This document shows positions 35,375-46,338 of a DNA stretch of 64,000 bases, in pieces. Where the stretch lies: the NCBI GenBank assembly GCA_025612375.1, contig JAAXKN010000023.1:3810-67809 (forward strand). The letters run 5' to 3'. This stretch comes from Ignavibacteria bacterium. Its GTDB lineage: Bacteria; Bacteroidota; Ignavibacteria; Ignavibacteriales; SURF-24. The notes under the pieces were generated by a model. The model saw only the letters and a list, made by a program, of their open reading frames with translations, was not told the origin of the DNA and searched no databases. The first letter of the stretch is position 1, and each line of letters begins with the position of its first letter. The position numbers were made by a program, and so were the translations under genes.

Positions 35375-38098
35375 ATGGCAAAGATGGCAAAAATTATTAT
35401 AGATGGTAAGACTTATGAAGTAGACGCAGGCAGGAATCTCCTGGAGGCAATCCTTTCACTTAAACTTAACCTCCAGTATTTCTGCTGGCACCCTGCAATG
35501 GGCTCAGTGGGTGCGTGCCGGCAGTGCGCAATTAAAAAATACCGCGATGAAAACGATACAAAAGGCAAACTCTTTATGGCCTGCATGGAACCTATTGTTG
35601 ACGGCATGAGAGTTTCAATTGAAGACCCCGAGGCAAAGGAGTTCCGTGCCGGCGTAATTGAGTGGCTTATGACAAATCATCCCCACGACTGCCCCGTGTG
35701 CGATGAAGGCGGTGAATGCCACCTGCAGGATATGACCTTAATGTCCGGGCATAACTACAGGCGCTTCCGTTTCAAGAAAAGGACTTACAGAAACCAGTAC
35801 CTTGGGCCGTTTGTCCACCATGAGATGAACCGCTGCATTCAGTGCTACAGGTGCGTGAGGTTCTACCGCGACTATGCGGGGGGAAATGACCTGAACGTCT
35901 TCGGCGTCCACAGCAGCGTTTACTTTGGACGCAGCGAAGACGGTGTCCTTGAAAACGAATTTGCAGGTAACCTTGTCGAAGTCTGCCCGACTGGCGTCTT
36001 TACAGACAATACGCTATACCAGCATTATACAAGAAAGTGGGATCTTACCTCCTCGCCTTCCATCTGCGTGCACTGCGGCGTCGGCTGCAACACGCTTGCA
36101 GGCGAAAGATACGGAAAACTAAGACGAATTCTTACGCGCTATAACGGGCAGGTAAACGGCTACTTCCTCTGCGACAGAGGACGCTTCGGCTATGAATTTG
36201 TAAACAGCGAAAAAAGAATAAGAAAACCGCTGCTGCGCGTCATGGGGGAAAACCGCCTTGCAGAGGCCGACGAGGAAGCGGCAATAACTGAAGTAAGCAG
36301 CATAATTAAAAGCAGCAAAAAAATTATGGGCATAGGCTCACCCAGGGCATCACTGGAGGCCAACTTCACTCTAAGGTCCCTCGTCTCGGAAAGGAACTTC
36401 TACTGGGGTGTGCCGGATGTGGAATTCAGCCTCCTTACTAAAGAGATGAATATACTGCGCCAGGGCTCAATAAGAACGCCCTCACTAAGGGAAATTGAAA
36501 AGTGCGACGTTGTTGTGATTCTTGGTGAAGACCTTACCAATACGGCTCCCATGATCGCTCTTGCCGTAAGGCAATCGGTGCGCCAGATCCCGGTCCAGAG
36601 CGCAACACCTTTCAGGATACCTCACTGGCAGGATGCTTCAGTCCGCGAACTGGTGCAGGATGAAAAAGGCCCAGTCTTTGTTGCAACTCCCTATGCGACT
36701 AAGCTTGATGACGCTGCACATACTTACAGGGGCACGGCAGATGACATTGCACGCCTCGGCTATGCCGTGGCAGGCCTGCTAAACAGCGACGCCCCAAAGG
36801 TAAATGATCTGACAGATGAAGTACTCAATCTTTCACAGTCAATTGTTAACGCCTTAAACAAGGCTGAACGCCCGCTTATAATTGCAGGGCAAAGCCTTAA
36901 AAGTGAAGCTATAATTAATGCCGCAACAAATATTGCGTATGCAATGAAGCGTGCGGGCAAAAACGTTGAGCTGTGCTTTACCGTTCCTGAATGCAATTCC
37001 ATGGGAATGGTGATGATGGGAGGAAAGGCCTTGGATCAGGCTTTCCAGGCCGTGGAAAAGGAAGCTATGGATACACTCATCATAATGGAAAACGACCTTT
37101 ACAGGCGTGACGAAAAAGAAAATATAGACCGCTTCTTAAAGCGCTTTAAGAATGTAATTGTGCTGGATTACCTGGAGAACCCGACAGCTGAACATGCCAC
37201 TGCCGTAATTCCCGTTGGATCCTTTGCCGAGAGCGACGGAACGTTTGTAAATAACGAAGGGCGCGCTCAAAGGTTTTACCAGGTCTTTGTTCCCAATAAA
37301 GAAATAAAGGAAAGCTGGCGCTGGCTGAGGAACATTATGGTTACCTCGGGCCTGAAGGAGTTCTCAAAATGGAAAAACCTTCTGGACTATACGCAGGCGC
37401 TTATTAAAGAGATGCCTTTCTTTACAGGCATAGATACAATTACACCCCCTCCGGGATTCAGGATCGCAGGAAGAAAAATTCCCAGAGAGCCCTACCGCTA
37501 CAGCGGAAGAACTGCAATGCACGCCGATAAAAACGTGCATGAACCGAAGCCGCCTGAGGATGTGGACAGCCCGATGTCATTTACAATGGAAGGCTACCGC
37601 GGGCAGCCCCCTTCATCTTTAATCCCCTTCTTCTGGTCACCCGGCTGGAACTCTCAGCAGGCTATAAACAAGTACCAGATAGAGATTGGCGGCCCGTTGC
37701 ACGGAGGTGATCCCGGCAAGCGCCTTATTGAACCTTTGCCAAATGCAAAGCCGTCATTCTTTATGGATGTTCCAAAAGCTCCTGTAAGAAAAGATGGAGA
37801 ATGGACGCTTGTTCCGGTCTACCACATTTATGGCTCCGAGGAACTGAGCAACCACGCCCCTGGCGTAAGAGAGCTCGTTCCGAAGCCTTATCTTATGATG
37901 TCTCTGGAAGATGCATCGGCAATGAACGTTACCTCGGATTCCGAGGTGGAAGTGAGCCTGGGCGGAAAACAGGAGCGCTTTGCTGTAAAGATCAACCTGG
38001 GCCTTCCCAAAGGTATGGCCGGCTACCCTGTGGCGCTGCCGGGTATGAGGACAATCAGATTCCCCGTTTCAGTAAAAATTTCCGGAGTTAAGAAATGA
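35375..38098 (+). CDS. nuoG: NADH-quinone oxidoreductase subunit G (long, E. coli-type)
   Basis: The 907-aa protein has [43 protein letters not shown] and CPTGVFTD cluster motifs, followed by a molybdopterin-oxidoreductase-like domain. Confidence 0.95.
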   Translation: MAKMAKIIIDGKTYEVDAGRNLLEAILSLKLNLQYFCWHPAMGSVGACRQCAIKKYRDENDTKGKLFMACMEPIVDGMRVSIEDPEAKEFRAGVIEWLMTNHPHDCPVCDEGGECHLQDMTLMSGHNYRRFRFKKRTYRNQYLGPFVHHEMNRCIQCYRCVRFYRDYAGGNDLNVFGVHSSVYFGRSEDGVLENEFAGNLVEVCPTGVFTDNTLYQHYTRKWDLTSSPSICVHCGVGCNTLAGERYGKLRRILTRYNGQVNGYFLCDRGRFGYEFVNSEKRIRKPLLRVMGENRLAEADEEAAITEVSSIIKSSKKIMGIGSPRASLEANFTLRSLVSERNFYWGVPDVEFSLLTKEMNILRQGSIRTPSLREIEKCDVVVILGEDLTNTAPMIALAVRQSVRQIPVQSATPFRIPHWQDASVRELVQDEKGPVFVATPYATKLDDAAHTYRGTADDIARLGYAVAGLLNSDAPKVNDLTDEVLNLSQSIVNALNKAERPLIIAGQSLKSEAIINAATNIAYAMKRAGKNVELCFTVPECNSMGMVMMGGKALDQAFQAVEKEAMDTLIIMENDLYRRDEKENIDRFLKRFKNVIVLDYLENPTAEHATAVIPVGSFAESDGTFVNNEGRAQRFYQVFVPNKEIKESWRWLRNIMVTSGLKEFSKWKNLLDYTQALIKEMPFFTGIDTITPPPGFRIAGRKIPREPYRYSGRTAMHADKNVHEPKPPEDVDSPMSFTMEGYRGQPPSSLIPFFWSPGWNSQQAINKYQIEIGGPLHGGDPGKRLIEPLPNAKPSFFMDVPKAPVRKDGEWTLVPVYHIYGSEELSNHAPGVRELVPKPYLMMSLEDASAMNVTSDSEVEVSLGGKQERFAVKINLGLPKGMAGYPVALPGMRTIRFPVSVKISGVKK

Positions 38099-39054
38099 AC
38101 GAGGTCGTAAGGGCAATAATAATTGTGCTCGGGATACTAATTGTAATGATGACAATTGCGGCATCCCTAATCTGGGTCGAACGCCGGGGACTGGCGCTCT
38201 TTCAGGACCGCTACGGACCCAACAGGGTCGGGCCCTTCGGACTTGCACAGGTTCTGGCAGACATGGTGAAAATATTTTTTAAGGAGGACTGGATCCCGCG
38301 CTTTGCCGACAGGAAGGTCTTCGTCATCGCTCCTGCTATAATCATAATGACTGTCCTTATGAGCTTTGCCGTAATTCCCTATACTCCCGATATCACGCTT
38401 GTAAACCTGAACATAGGGCTCCTGTTCTTTCTCGGCATGTCTTCGCTTGGAGTGTACAGCGTGGTCTTAGGCGGCTGGGCATCCAACAATAAATACTCTC
38501 TTCTTGGGACACTGAGAGCCGCGGCACAGATGGTAAGCTACGAGGTCTTTATGGGGCTTTCACTAATGGGCGTGGTGATGATTACGGGATCATTCAGCCT
38601 GGTGGATATAGTTGAAGCACAGAGGAAAATCTGGTTTTTCATTCCGCAGATAATAGGGTTCTTTGTCTTTACCATTGCAGGCATAGCCGAAACTCACAGG
38701 CTTCCTTTTGACTTACCCGAGGCCGAAAGCGAACTCATATCGGGCTTCCACTCGGAGTACTCCGGGATGAAGTTCGGCATGTTTTTCGTGGGGGAATACC
38801 TTGGAATAACACTGATATCAGCCATGATAGTAACTCTTTTCTTCGGCGGATGGCTTGGACCCGGATTCCTGCCCCCTGTTGTCTGGTTTTTACTTAAGAC
38901 ATTTGTATTTATACTCTTTTTTGTGCTCTTAAGGGCAAGCCTTCCGAGGCCAAGATACGACCAGCTGATGTCCTACGGATGGAAGCTGCTGCTTCCATTG
39001 TCGCTCTTAAATCTGGTGGTGACCGGTGCGGTTCTGATGTTTATAGGCAGATAA
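38095..39054 (+). CDS. nuoH: NADH-quinone oxidoreductase subunit H
   Basis: The start overlaps nuoG (ATGA). The product has 8 TM helices and [22 protein letters not shown] and [14 protein letters not shown] motifs. Confidence 0.95.
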   Translation: MNEVVRAIIIVLGILIVMMTIAASLIWVERRGLALFQDRYGPNRVGPFGLAQVLADMVKIFFKEDWIPRFADRKVFVIAPAIIIMTVLMSFAVIPYTPDITLVNLNIGLLFFLGMSSLGVYSVVLGGWASNNKYSLLGTLRAAAQMVSYEVFMGLSLMGVVMITGSFSLVDIVEAQRKIWFFIPQIIGFFVFTIAGIAETHRLPFDLPEAESELISGFHSEYSGMKFGMFFVGEYLGITLISAMIVTLFFGGWLGPGFLPPVVWFLLKTFVFILFFVLLRASLPRPRYDQLMSYGWKLLLPLSLLNLVVTGAVLMFIGR

Positions 39055-39089
39055 GCAAATATTTGAGATAAAATAGAAAGGTACGTCTG

Positions 39090-39611
39090 ATGTTCAGCGA
39101 TTTAAGAAGTATATGGATAGCCTTCATGCACATGTTCCATAAGAGGGAGACCATACAGTATCCCGAGGAGAAGATATACCTTCCACCCCGCTGGCGCGGA
39201 AGGATAATCTTGTCACGCGATCCCGACGGGCAGGAAAGGTGTGTTGCCTGCTACCTCTGCCAGGTTGCATGCCCCGTTAGCTGCATCTCGCTTCAGGCAA
39301 CGCAGGATGAAACCGGGCGGCGCTATCCGGAGTTTTTCAGGATCAACTTTTCACGCTGCATATTCTGCGGATACTGCGAGGAGGCATGCCCAACATACTC
39401 AATACAGCTTACCCCCGATTATGAAATGAGTGAATACCACCGCCAGAATATGGTTTATGAAAAGGAGGATCTTTTAATAGACGGACAGGGCAAGTACCAC
39501 GGCTACAACTTCTACCGCGTTGCAGGACTTGCAATTGGCGGCAAGGATAAGGGTGAAGGAATTGAGGACCTCCCGCCGGTAGACGTTAGAAGCATCATGC
39601 CCGATAAATAA
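39090..39611 (+). CDS. nuoI: NADH-quinone oxidoreductase subunit I
   Basis: The product has two CxxCxxCxxxCP motifs ([24 protein letters not shown]). Long stretches match my recollection of E. coli NuoI ([25 protein letters not shown]). Confidence 0.95.
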   Translation: MFSDLRSIWIAFMHMFHKRETIQYPEEKIYLPPRWRGRIILSRDPDGQERCVACYLCQVACPVSCISLQATQDETGRRYPEFFRINFSRCIFCGYCEEACPTYSIQLTPDYEMSEYHRQNMVYEKEDLLIDGQGKYHGYNFYRVAGLAIGGKDKGEGIEDLPPVDVRSIMPDK

Positions 39612-39653
39612 GCTTTTGTGAGGTATAGTAGAAAAGACTGCAGGAAAAATAAA

Positions 39654-40181
39654 ATGGCTATAGTATTCTACATTGCCGCCCTGGTGGCGGTAATTTCGAC
39701 AGTAATGGTTATAACGCGCTTAAATGCGGTGCATGCTCTTTTATACATGATCGTATCACTGCTTTCAGTGGCGGTCATTTTCTTTATACTTGGGGCAGCC
39801 TTTATCGCAGCCCTCGAAGTAATTGTTTATGCCGGGGCAATCATGGTGCTCTTTGTGTTCGTTGTTATGATGCTGAACCTTGGGCCCGCCTCGGCTGAAG
39901 CTGAAAGCCGCTGGCTTAATCCTGCAGGCTGGATAGGACCGGGGATACTCTCGGCCGTACTGATTGTGGAACTCGTGTATATCTTAATGACACACGCGAG
40001 GCAGGATATTACTTCACAGGCTGTAGAGCCCAGGCAGGTGGGCATCGCCCTTTACGGGCCTTACCTGCTGGGAGTGGAGCTGGCAGCCATGCTTTTAATG
40101 GCAGGCATCGTGGGAGCCTATCACCTGGGGAGATATAAACACGTGATTTTGCACAGATATTTAGAAAAGGAGCTTCCATGA
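39654..40181 (+). CDS. nuoJ: NADH-quinone oxidoreductase subunit J
   Basis: I set the start at ATG 39654 ([13 protein letters not shown]); the ORF-track GTG 39618 adds a basic non-conserved extension. The product has 5 TM helices and [16 protein letters not shown]. Confidence 0.9.
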   Translation: MAIVFYIAALVAVISTVMVITRLNAVHALLYMIVSLLSVAVIFFILGAAFIAALEVIVYAGAIMVLFVFVVMMLNLGPASAEAESRWLNPAGWIGPGILSAVLIVELVYILMTHARQDITSQAVEPRQVGIALYGPYLLGVELAAMLLMAGIVGAYHLGRYKHVILHRYLEKELP

Positions 40182-40486
40182 ACACTGTTCCGATGGAAAG
40201 CGGCCTGATCTTAGCAGGCATACTCTTTATACTTGGTTTTATTGGCGTACTGGTCAGGCGCAATATAGTTTTTATACTCCTGTCGCTGGAAGTAATGCTG
40301 AACGCCTCGGGTCTTGCTTTTATTGCAGCAGGCTCGCGCTGGGTACAGGCAGACGGCCAGGTGATGTTCATTTTTATCCTTGCTATGGCCGCAGCCGAGG
40401 TTTCAGTAGGCCTGGCTCTGATTCTTCAGATATTCCGCGACTTCAAGACACTGGATGCAGATGCAGCCGATAATATGAGAGGTTGA
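40178..40486 (+). CDS. nuoK: NADH-quinone oxidoreductase subunit K
   Basis: The start overlaps nuoJ (ATGA). The 102-aa product has 3 TM helices and [10 protein letters not shown] and [12 protein letters not shown] motifs. Confidence 0.95.
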   Translation: MNTVPMESGLILAGILFILGFIGVLVRRNIVFILLSLEVMLNASGLAFIAAGSRWVQADGQVMFIFILAMAAAEVSVGLALILQIFRDFKTLDADAADNMRG

Positions 40487-40487
40487 T

Positions 40488-42383
40488 ATGCTTGATTTAT
40501 TGTGGATCGTTCCTGCTTTGCCTTTCCTGGGATTCCTGATCCTGGCCCTTTGGGGAGCAAAAATGCCGGGTAAAACAGCGGCCTTTGTAGGCGTGGCTTC
40601 AATAGGCTTAAGCGCACTCATAACGATCTTAATTGGAATAAACTTTATTTCTTCGCCCCCGCAGGGCAGGGTTTATATTCAGACGCTCTGGGAATGGTTT
40701 AACGTATCAGGGATGAATCCCGCAATCGCTCTCAGGCTTGACGCCGTCTCCCTTACTTTCATCTTTGTCATTACATTTGTCGGGTTCCTCATCCACCTCT
40801 ACTCCATGGAATATATGGAAGGTGAGGAAGGCTATTCAAGGTTCTTTGCATATATGAACCTCTTCGTGGGCTCCATGCTGATGCTGGTCTTAGGCGATAA
40901 TCTGGTGCTCCTTTACCTCGGCTGGGAAGGCGTGGGCCTCTGCAGCTACCTTTTAATCGGCTTCTGGTACAAGGATCCTTATAACGGTTACGCCGCAAGA
41001 AAAGCCTTCATTGTAACGCGTATTGGGGATACTGCCATGTCGATCGGGCTTTTTATTTTGTTTACGGAGCTTGGAACGCTGAACATAGGAAGAATTTTAG
41101 AGCAGGCGCCTTTGAACTGGGCCGTGGGCTCTTCACTTCCTGTAATGACTGCCGCCCTATTGCTGGGCGGTGCAGTGGGAAAGTCGGCGCAGCTGCCGCT
41201 TCAGACCTGGCTCCCTGACGCTATGGCGGGTCCGACACCCGTTAGTGCACTTATACATGCGGCAACAATGGTTACAGCAGGCGTCTACCTGATAGCCCGC
41301 ATGCACGTAATCTTTACGCTTGCTCCCGTGGTCTTAACAATTGTGGGAGTCGTGGGTGCATTAACGCTTCTTCTTGCCGGCTTCAGCGCGCTTACGCAGA
41401 GTGATATTAAAAGAGTCCTTGCATATTCAACCATAAGCCAGATCGGCTACATGTTCCTGGCTCTTGGCGTTGGCGCGTGGTCGGCTGCCGTATTTCACTT
41501 TATGATCCACGCCTTCTTTAAGGCTCTCCTATTCCTTGGCGCGGGCGTCGTGATACTCTCTCTTCACCACGAACAGAATATGTTCAAAATGGGAGGCGTG
41601 AAGAATATGCTTCCTGTAACGTTCTGGACTTTTGTTATAGGAAGCGCCTCGCTGGCGGCTCTGCCTTTAATTACAGGAGGGTTCTACAGCAAGGACCTCA
41701 TATTGTTCTACGCCTTCGACGGCGAAAGGGCTAACCGCTGGCTTTATGCCGCGGGACTCCTGGGGGCTTTTATAACGGCTCTTTATACAACAAGGATGGT
41801 ACTCATAACTTTCTTCGGCGTGGCCAAAACCCACCTGCATCATAAGCCGACGTGGATAATGGAAATGCCTCTTGTTGTTTTGGCTGTGCTTTCAACTTTC
41901 GGAGGCTTTATTGAGCTCCCGCATACCCTGGGGCACCTGACTATATTTTCAGATTTCATTCAGACCATACTGCCTGGCAATAGCCCTGCTGAAGGAGGAG
42001 GCGTTTCAACAGAACTCATCCTTCAGGTTGTGGCGGCTGTTACAGCCATCGGCGGCATCTTTATAGCTTACCTCCTCTATTACAAGAATCCGGATAAGGT
42101 GCTCGCCTTCAGGAAGTCCTCATTCGGAAGTACGCTTCACGAATACTGGAAAAAAGGGTGGGGCTTCGACTGGCTTTACGATAAGCTTATTGTCACCCCC
42201 GTAGTCTGGATAGCCGAGATAAACAAAAGCGACTTTATCGATCTTATTTATACATTTATCGCATGGATTAACCGTGTCTTTAACCGTGCCTTCAGCTTCA
42301 CGCAGTCCGGGCGTGTAAGATGGTACGCTATGGGAATAGCCCTCGGGGCTATAATTACTATAACAATTGCGGTGTTCTTATGA
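40488..42383 (+). CDS. nuoL: NADH-quinone oxidoreductase subunit L
   Basis: The 631-aa antiporter-like subunit has WEGVGLCSYLLIGFW, GKSAQLPLQTWLPDAMAGPTPVSALIHAATMV and a C-terminal lateral-helix region. Confidence 0.95.
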   Translation: MLDLLWIVPALPFLGFLILALWGAKMPGKTAAFVGVASIGLSALITILIGINFISSPPQGRVYIQTLWEWFNVSGMNPAIALRLDAVSLTFIFVITFVGFLIHLYSMEYMEGEEGYSRFFAYMNLFVGSMLMLVLGDNLVLLYLGWEGVGLCSYLLIGFWYKDPYNGYAARKAFIVTRIGDTAMSIGLFILFTELGTLNIGRILEQAPLNWAVGSSLPVMTAALLLGGAVGKSAQLPLQTWLPDAMAGPTPVSALIHAATMVTAGVYLIARMHVIFTLAPVVLTIVGVVGALTLLLAGFSALTQSDIKRVLAYSTISQIGYMFLALGVGAWSAAVFHFMIHAFFKALLFLGAGVVILSLHHEQNMFKMGGVKNMLPVTFWTFVIGSASLAALPLITGGFYSKDLILFYAFDGERANRWLYAAGLLGAFITALYTTRMVLITFFGVAKTHLHHKPTWIMEMPLVVLAVLSTFGGFIELPHTLGHLTIFSDFIQTILPGNSPAEGGGVSTELILQVVAAVTAIGGIFIAYLLYYKNPDKVLAFRKSSFGSTLHEYWKKGWGFDWLYDKLIVTPVVWIAEINKSDFIDLIYTFIAWINRVFNRAFSFTQSGRVRWYAMGIALGAIITITIAVFL

Positions 42384-43954
42384 TTTTACTATGGCTTGTA
42401 ATAATCTTAATGCTTGGGGGAATAGCTGCCTGGATAGCTGCAAAATGGAACGTGATGCTTGCAAGGTGGATCTCGCTTATTGCAACACTCGTTGATTTTG
42501 CGCTTGTAATTATGATATGGGCAGAGAATTCTTCCGGCGTTAAATTAGGAGCAAATGCTCCGTGGCTTATAGACTTCCGCTGGAACTGGATCCCCGCATT
42601 CGGCATCACGTTCCATATGGCCTTAGATGGAATGAGCCTGCTCCTCATACTTCTGACTGCGTTCATAGGGGTCCTGTCGGTCTTAACCTCATGGACGGAG
42701 ATAGAATACAGGGCGGGATTTTTCCACTTTAACCTCCTCTGGATACTGGCGGGCATTACGGGAGTATTCCTGTCGCTGGACCTTTTCATGTTCTACTTTT
42801 TCTGGGAAGTAATGCTGATACCTATGTATTTCTTAATCGGCATATGGGGGCATGAAAACAGGATATATGCATCTTTCAAGTTTTTCATATTCACGCAGGC
42901 AAGCAGCCTTTTTATGTTTGTTGCCATTGTGGCGCTTTACTTTATTCACGGAAAAAATACCGGCGTATATACATTCGACTACATGCAGCTCTTGGGAACT
43001 GTGCTTTCTCCCACAGCCGAGATGTGGCTCATGTTAGGCTTTCTTATTGCATTTGTAGTCAAGCTCCCGATTGTGCCTCTGCACAACTGGCTGCCTGATG
43101 CCCACACGGAGGCCCCAACGGCTGGAAGCGTTGTCCTGGCGGCGCTCCTCCTTAAAACAGGCGCCTACGGAATACTCAGATTTGTCATTCCACTGTTCCC
43201 CCATGCCGCGCGTGACTTCCAGATCCCGGGCATGATACTGGGCGCCATTGGAATTATTTACGGCGCTATACTGGCATTTGCACAGACTGACTTTAAGAGG
43301 CTTGTTGCCTACACAAGCGTTAACCATATGGGTTTTGTAATGCTTGGTGCCTTTGCCTTAAATGAACTTGCGCTTCAGGGCGTGGTAATGCAGATGCTCT
43401 GCCACGGCATTTCCACCGGCGCCCTCTTTATTTTAGTGGGGGCACTCTATGAGCGCATCCATACACGCGACCTGAATAAGATGGGAGGCTTCTGGGACGA
43501 GATACCGCGCATGGGCGCCGTGGGACTCGTATTTGCCCTTGCCTCACTGGGACTTCCGGGACTCGGGAACTTCATTGCCGAGTTCCTGACGCTTACAGGA
43601 TCATTTATGGCAAATAACTGGATAACAGCCGTTGCAACGGTGGGACTTGTAGTTTCAACAATATATTCTCTTAGAATTATGGCAAGAGTGTTCTACGGCA
43701 GAAAGCCGAAAGCTGAAAAGCATATTCCTGACTTCAACGTGCGTGAAATGGTAATTATGAGCGCTTTAATCCTTGCGATATTGTGGCTCGGTATATTCCC
43801 GCATCCGGTATTGGATACATCAAGACCTGCAATCAATAACATTGTAAAAGAAGCTTCGAGGGGAAGCATGAGCGAGATGAAAAAAGAGGTGCAGCCCTTT
43901 AAGGAAAAAAGCCCTGAGCTTGCAGGCAAAAGTGAGAAAGGAGGCGCAAGATGA
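42380..43954 (+). CDS. nuoM: NADH-quinone oxidoreductase subunit M
   Basis: I set the start at ATG 42380 (MILLWLVIIL), which overlaps the nuoL stop (ATGA). The ORF-track start at 42320 lies inside nuoL. The product has the PLHNWLPDAHTEAPTAGSVVLAALLLK motif. Confidence 0.95.
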   Translation: MILLWLVIILMLGGIAAWIAAKWNVMLARWISLIATLVDFALVIMIWAENSSGVKLGANAPWLIDFRWNWIPAFGITFHMALDGMSLLLILLTAFIGVLSVLTSWTEIEYRAGFFHFNLLWILAGITGVFLSLDLFMFYFFWEVMLIPMYFLIGIWGHENRIYASFKFFIFTQASSLFMFVAIVALYFIHGKNTGVYTFDYMQLLGTVLSPTAEMWLMLGFLIAFVVKLPIVPLHNWLPDAHTEAPTAGSVVLAALLLKTGAYGILRFVIPLFPHAARDFQIPGMILGAIGIIYGAILAFAQTDFKRLVAYTSVNHMGFVMLGAFALNELALQGVVMQMLCHGISTGALFILVGALYERIHTRDLNKMGGFWDEIPRMGAVGLVFALASLGLPGLGNFIAEFLTLTGSFMANNWITAVATVGLVVSTIYSLRIMARVFYGRKPKAEKHIPDFNVREMVIMSALILAILWLGIFPHPVLDTSRPAINNIVKEASRGSMSEMKKEVQPFKEKSPELAGKSEKGGAR

Positions 43955-45426
43955 CATCCGCAGACTTTTACTATCTGATGCCGCTTATAATTCTTGCGGG
44001 CGCCTCCATAATAATGCTCCTTGTAATCGGCTTCTACCGAGATCATAAGGTAACCTTTGTGCTTTCTTTATTGGGCCTGGCGGGATCTTTCATATCGCTC
44101 ATGTTTATACAGGGACTGCCGGGGCAGATTGGTGCGCTTTTAATTGTGGACAGCTACGCCCTTTTCTACTGGGGGCTGATTACGCTTGCAAGCCTGGCCG
44201 TTGCAATCCTGTCGTACAGCTATTTTTCCAAAATGGATGAAGAAAAAGAAGAATACTACGTTCTTCTTTTAACCGCAACGCTCGGCTCCATGGTGCTTGT
44301 TGTAAGCCGTCACTTCATATCGTTTTTTATGGGCCTCGAGATCTTAAGCGTTTCCCTCTACGCACTTATAGCCTATTTGCCGGAGAGGAAAAGGTCGGTT
44401 GAGGCAGGAATTAAATACCTCGTACTGGCGGCAGCCTCCTCGGCATTCCTCCTTTTCGGTATGGCGCTTGTGTATGCCGAGTCAGGAACAATGGATTTTA
44501 CAAAGCTGGGTGCCCACATAAATTCAGGTGCAGTTAATGCACCACTCTTACTGACGGGGTTTGCTTTAATGGTAATTGCCGTAGGCTTTAAGTTGGCACT
44601 TGCGCCTTTCCACATGTGGACGCCGGACGTATACGAAGGCGCCCCGGCACCCGTTACGGCATTTGTAGCCACGGTTTCCAAAGGGGGCATGTTCGCGCTC
44701 TGGTTCAGGTTCTTCGTTGAGGTTAACGGCTACAGGTTTCATTCGCTCGTGATTTTATTCACAGTAATTGCAATAGCCTCGATGTTTATAGGAAATTTCC
44801 TGGCATTATTACAGAACAATATTAAAAGGATACTTGCGTACTCCTCAATTGCGCACCTGGGATATCTGCTCATTTCATTTCTGGCCGGCGGCAGGATGGG
44901 GCTTGAGGCAGGAACGTTTTACCTGGTGGCTTATTTCATAACAATCCTCGGCTCATTCGGCATTGTTGCGGTTTTGTCATTTACAGAGCGCGATGCGGAC
45001 AATATGGATGACTACAGGGCTTTGTACTGGAGGCGGCCGTTTCTTGCAACGATATTTACAGCCATGCTTATGTCTCTTGCAGGCATACCCCTTACGGCAG
45101 GTTTTTTAGGGAAATTTTATCTTGCCGCGGCAGGGATAAATACAGCATTGTGGCTGCCTGTAATAATACTTGTTATTAATAGTGCAATAAGTGTTTACTA
45201 TTATCTTAAGATTGTAGTTGTAATGTACCGTGCGCCCGATGAGGAAGTTGTGGCAGGAATGCCAGTTGTAACCGTAAGCCCCGCCCTGTCGGTTGGAGGG
45301 GGAATAGTACTTTCAGTATTAACTATAATGCTAATATGGTTTGGCACCTTCCCCGGCGGCATAATAGATTTCATAAAGACCATGATCTCAGGCCTGAGCA
45401 GCGTAGCCATTACAATGGTGCCGTAA
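43951..45426 (+). CDS. nuoN: NADH-quinone oxidoreductase subunit N
   Basis: The start overlaps nuoM (ATGA). The 491-aa product has LAPFHMWTPDVYEGAPAPVTAF and ILAYSSIAHLGY motifs. Confidence 0.95.
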   Translation: MTSADFYYLMPLIILAGASIIMLLVIGFYRDHKVTFVLSLLGLAGSFISLMFIQGLPGQIGALLIVDSYALFYWGLITLASLAVAILSYSYFSKMDEEKEEYYVLLLTATLGSMVLVVSRHFISFFMGLEILSVSLYALIAYLPERKRSVEAGIKYLVLAAASSAFLLFGMALVYAESGTMDFTKLGAHINSGAVNAPLLLTGFALMVIAVGFKLALAPFHMWTPDVYEGAPAPVTAFVATVSKGGMFALWFRFFVEVNGYRFHSLVILFTVIAIASMFIGNFLALLQNNIKRILAYSSIAHLGYLLISFLAGGRMGLEAGTFYLVAYFITILGSFGIVAVLSFTERDADNMDDYRALYWRRPFLATIFTAMLMSLAGIPLTAGFLGKFYLAAAGINTALWLPVIILVINSAISVYYYLKIVVVMYRAPDEEVVAGMPVVTVSPALSVGGGIVLSVLTIMLIWFGTFPGGIIDFIKTMISGLSSVAITMVP

Positions 45427-45497
45427 AAATCACTATAATTACATGCTCCTTCCCGTGCTTAAGGTGCAAGAAAATTACCGCAATCTTAACTGAGTGA

Positions 45498-46337
45498 TTA
45501 ACGGATTTTCTGAAATTTTATTTTTATGCTTTTAAGTACAGAAGAGCTGAAAAACCCGTAGGCTCCCGATAATCCAGCACAATCATCTTTGCCATGGACG
45601 TGAGCATAATAGTTTTTGTCATATGCATATACTTCAACTTTGCATGAATCAAGAGAAGGCATGAGGTACAGGTCATAATGATAGCTGAATGAAGTATCGG
45701 CCTTAATATCTCTATATAAAATTGTATTGTCCCACTTTGAAGAACTCTTAGCCAGGGGCTTAATTTTTACGATATACCCCGCTGCCCGGGGGCTTGAGGT
45801 CCAGAGGATGTTTAAGTCATAGGCATAGCCTGCAGCAGTAAAAACATGCCCTTCTTCAGGCATGAGTATATTAAAGTCACCCGGAGTAAAGGTCCTTCCT
45901 GTGAACTGTTGCTTGTTTGCCTTAACGCTTAAAATGTATTCCTTCATGGGTTCAGGTTTGAAATTTTCCGGGCCCACATATTTATTCCTGTAAAGAGAAT
46001 CTGTTTTTACAGTAAACTGCACCGGGTCACTGTTTGGGCCGGAGAGGTAAACCCCGGCATCCTGGACAAAAAGGTAGTCAAACCTCTTATCGAAAGCGTC
46101 CAGCCAGTTGTTTGACCAAAAATAACTCCCATAAGTCCATTCAGAAAGCTGGGCTGTCCTATAAATGTATACTGACTGGCTTTCCCTGGAATTCACGACA
46201 AGATTAAACAGTAAACTGTTGTTAAATTCAGCCGGTCCCGGGTCGTTCAGGTTTTCACATCCTGAAACCATAAGGACTAATAACATCATTATGCCAGGCA
46301 GAAGTCCGGACTTACTTTTTATAAATTGTTTTCTCAT
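45498..46337 (-). CDS. DUF4249-family lipoprotein (partner of the upstream TonB-dependent receptor), copy A
   Basis: The 279-aa protein has the lipobox LMVSGC followed by ENLNDPG. It also has GYIVKIKP, YDKNYYAHV and GLSGAYGFFSSSVLK motifs shared with copy B. Its ATG follows the receptor stop by 1 nt. Confidence 0.75.
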   Translation of the reverse strand: MRKQFIKSKSGLLPGIMMLLVLMVSGCENLNDPGPAEFNNSLLFNLVVNSRESQSVYIYRTAQLSEWTYGSYFWSNNWLDAFDKRFDYLFVQDAGVYLSGPNSDPVQFTVKTDSLYRNKYVGPENFKPEPMKEYILSVKANKQQFTGRTFTPGDFNILMPEEGHVFTAAGYAYDLNILWTSSPRAAGYIVKIKPLAKSSSKWDNTILYRDIKADTSFSYHYDLYLMPSLDSCKVEVYAYDKNYYAHVHGKDDCAGLSGAYGFFSSSVLKSIKIKFQKIR

Positions 46338-46338
46338 G

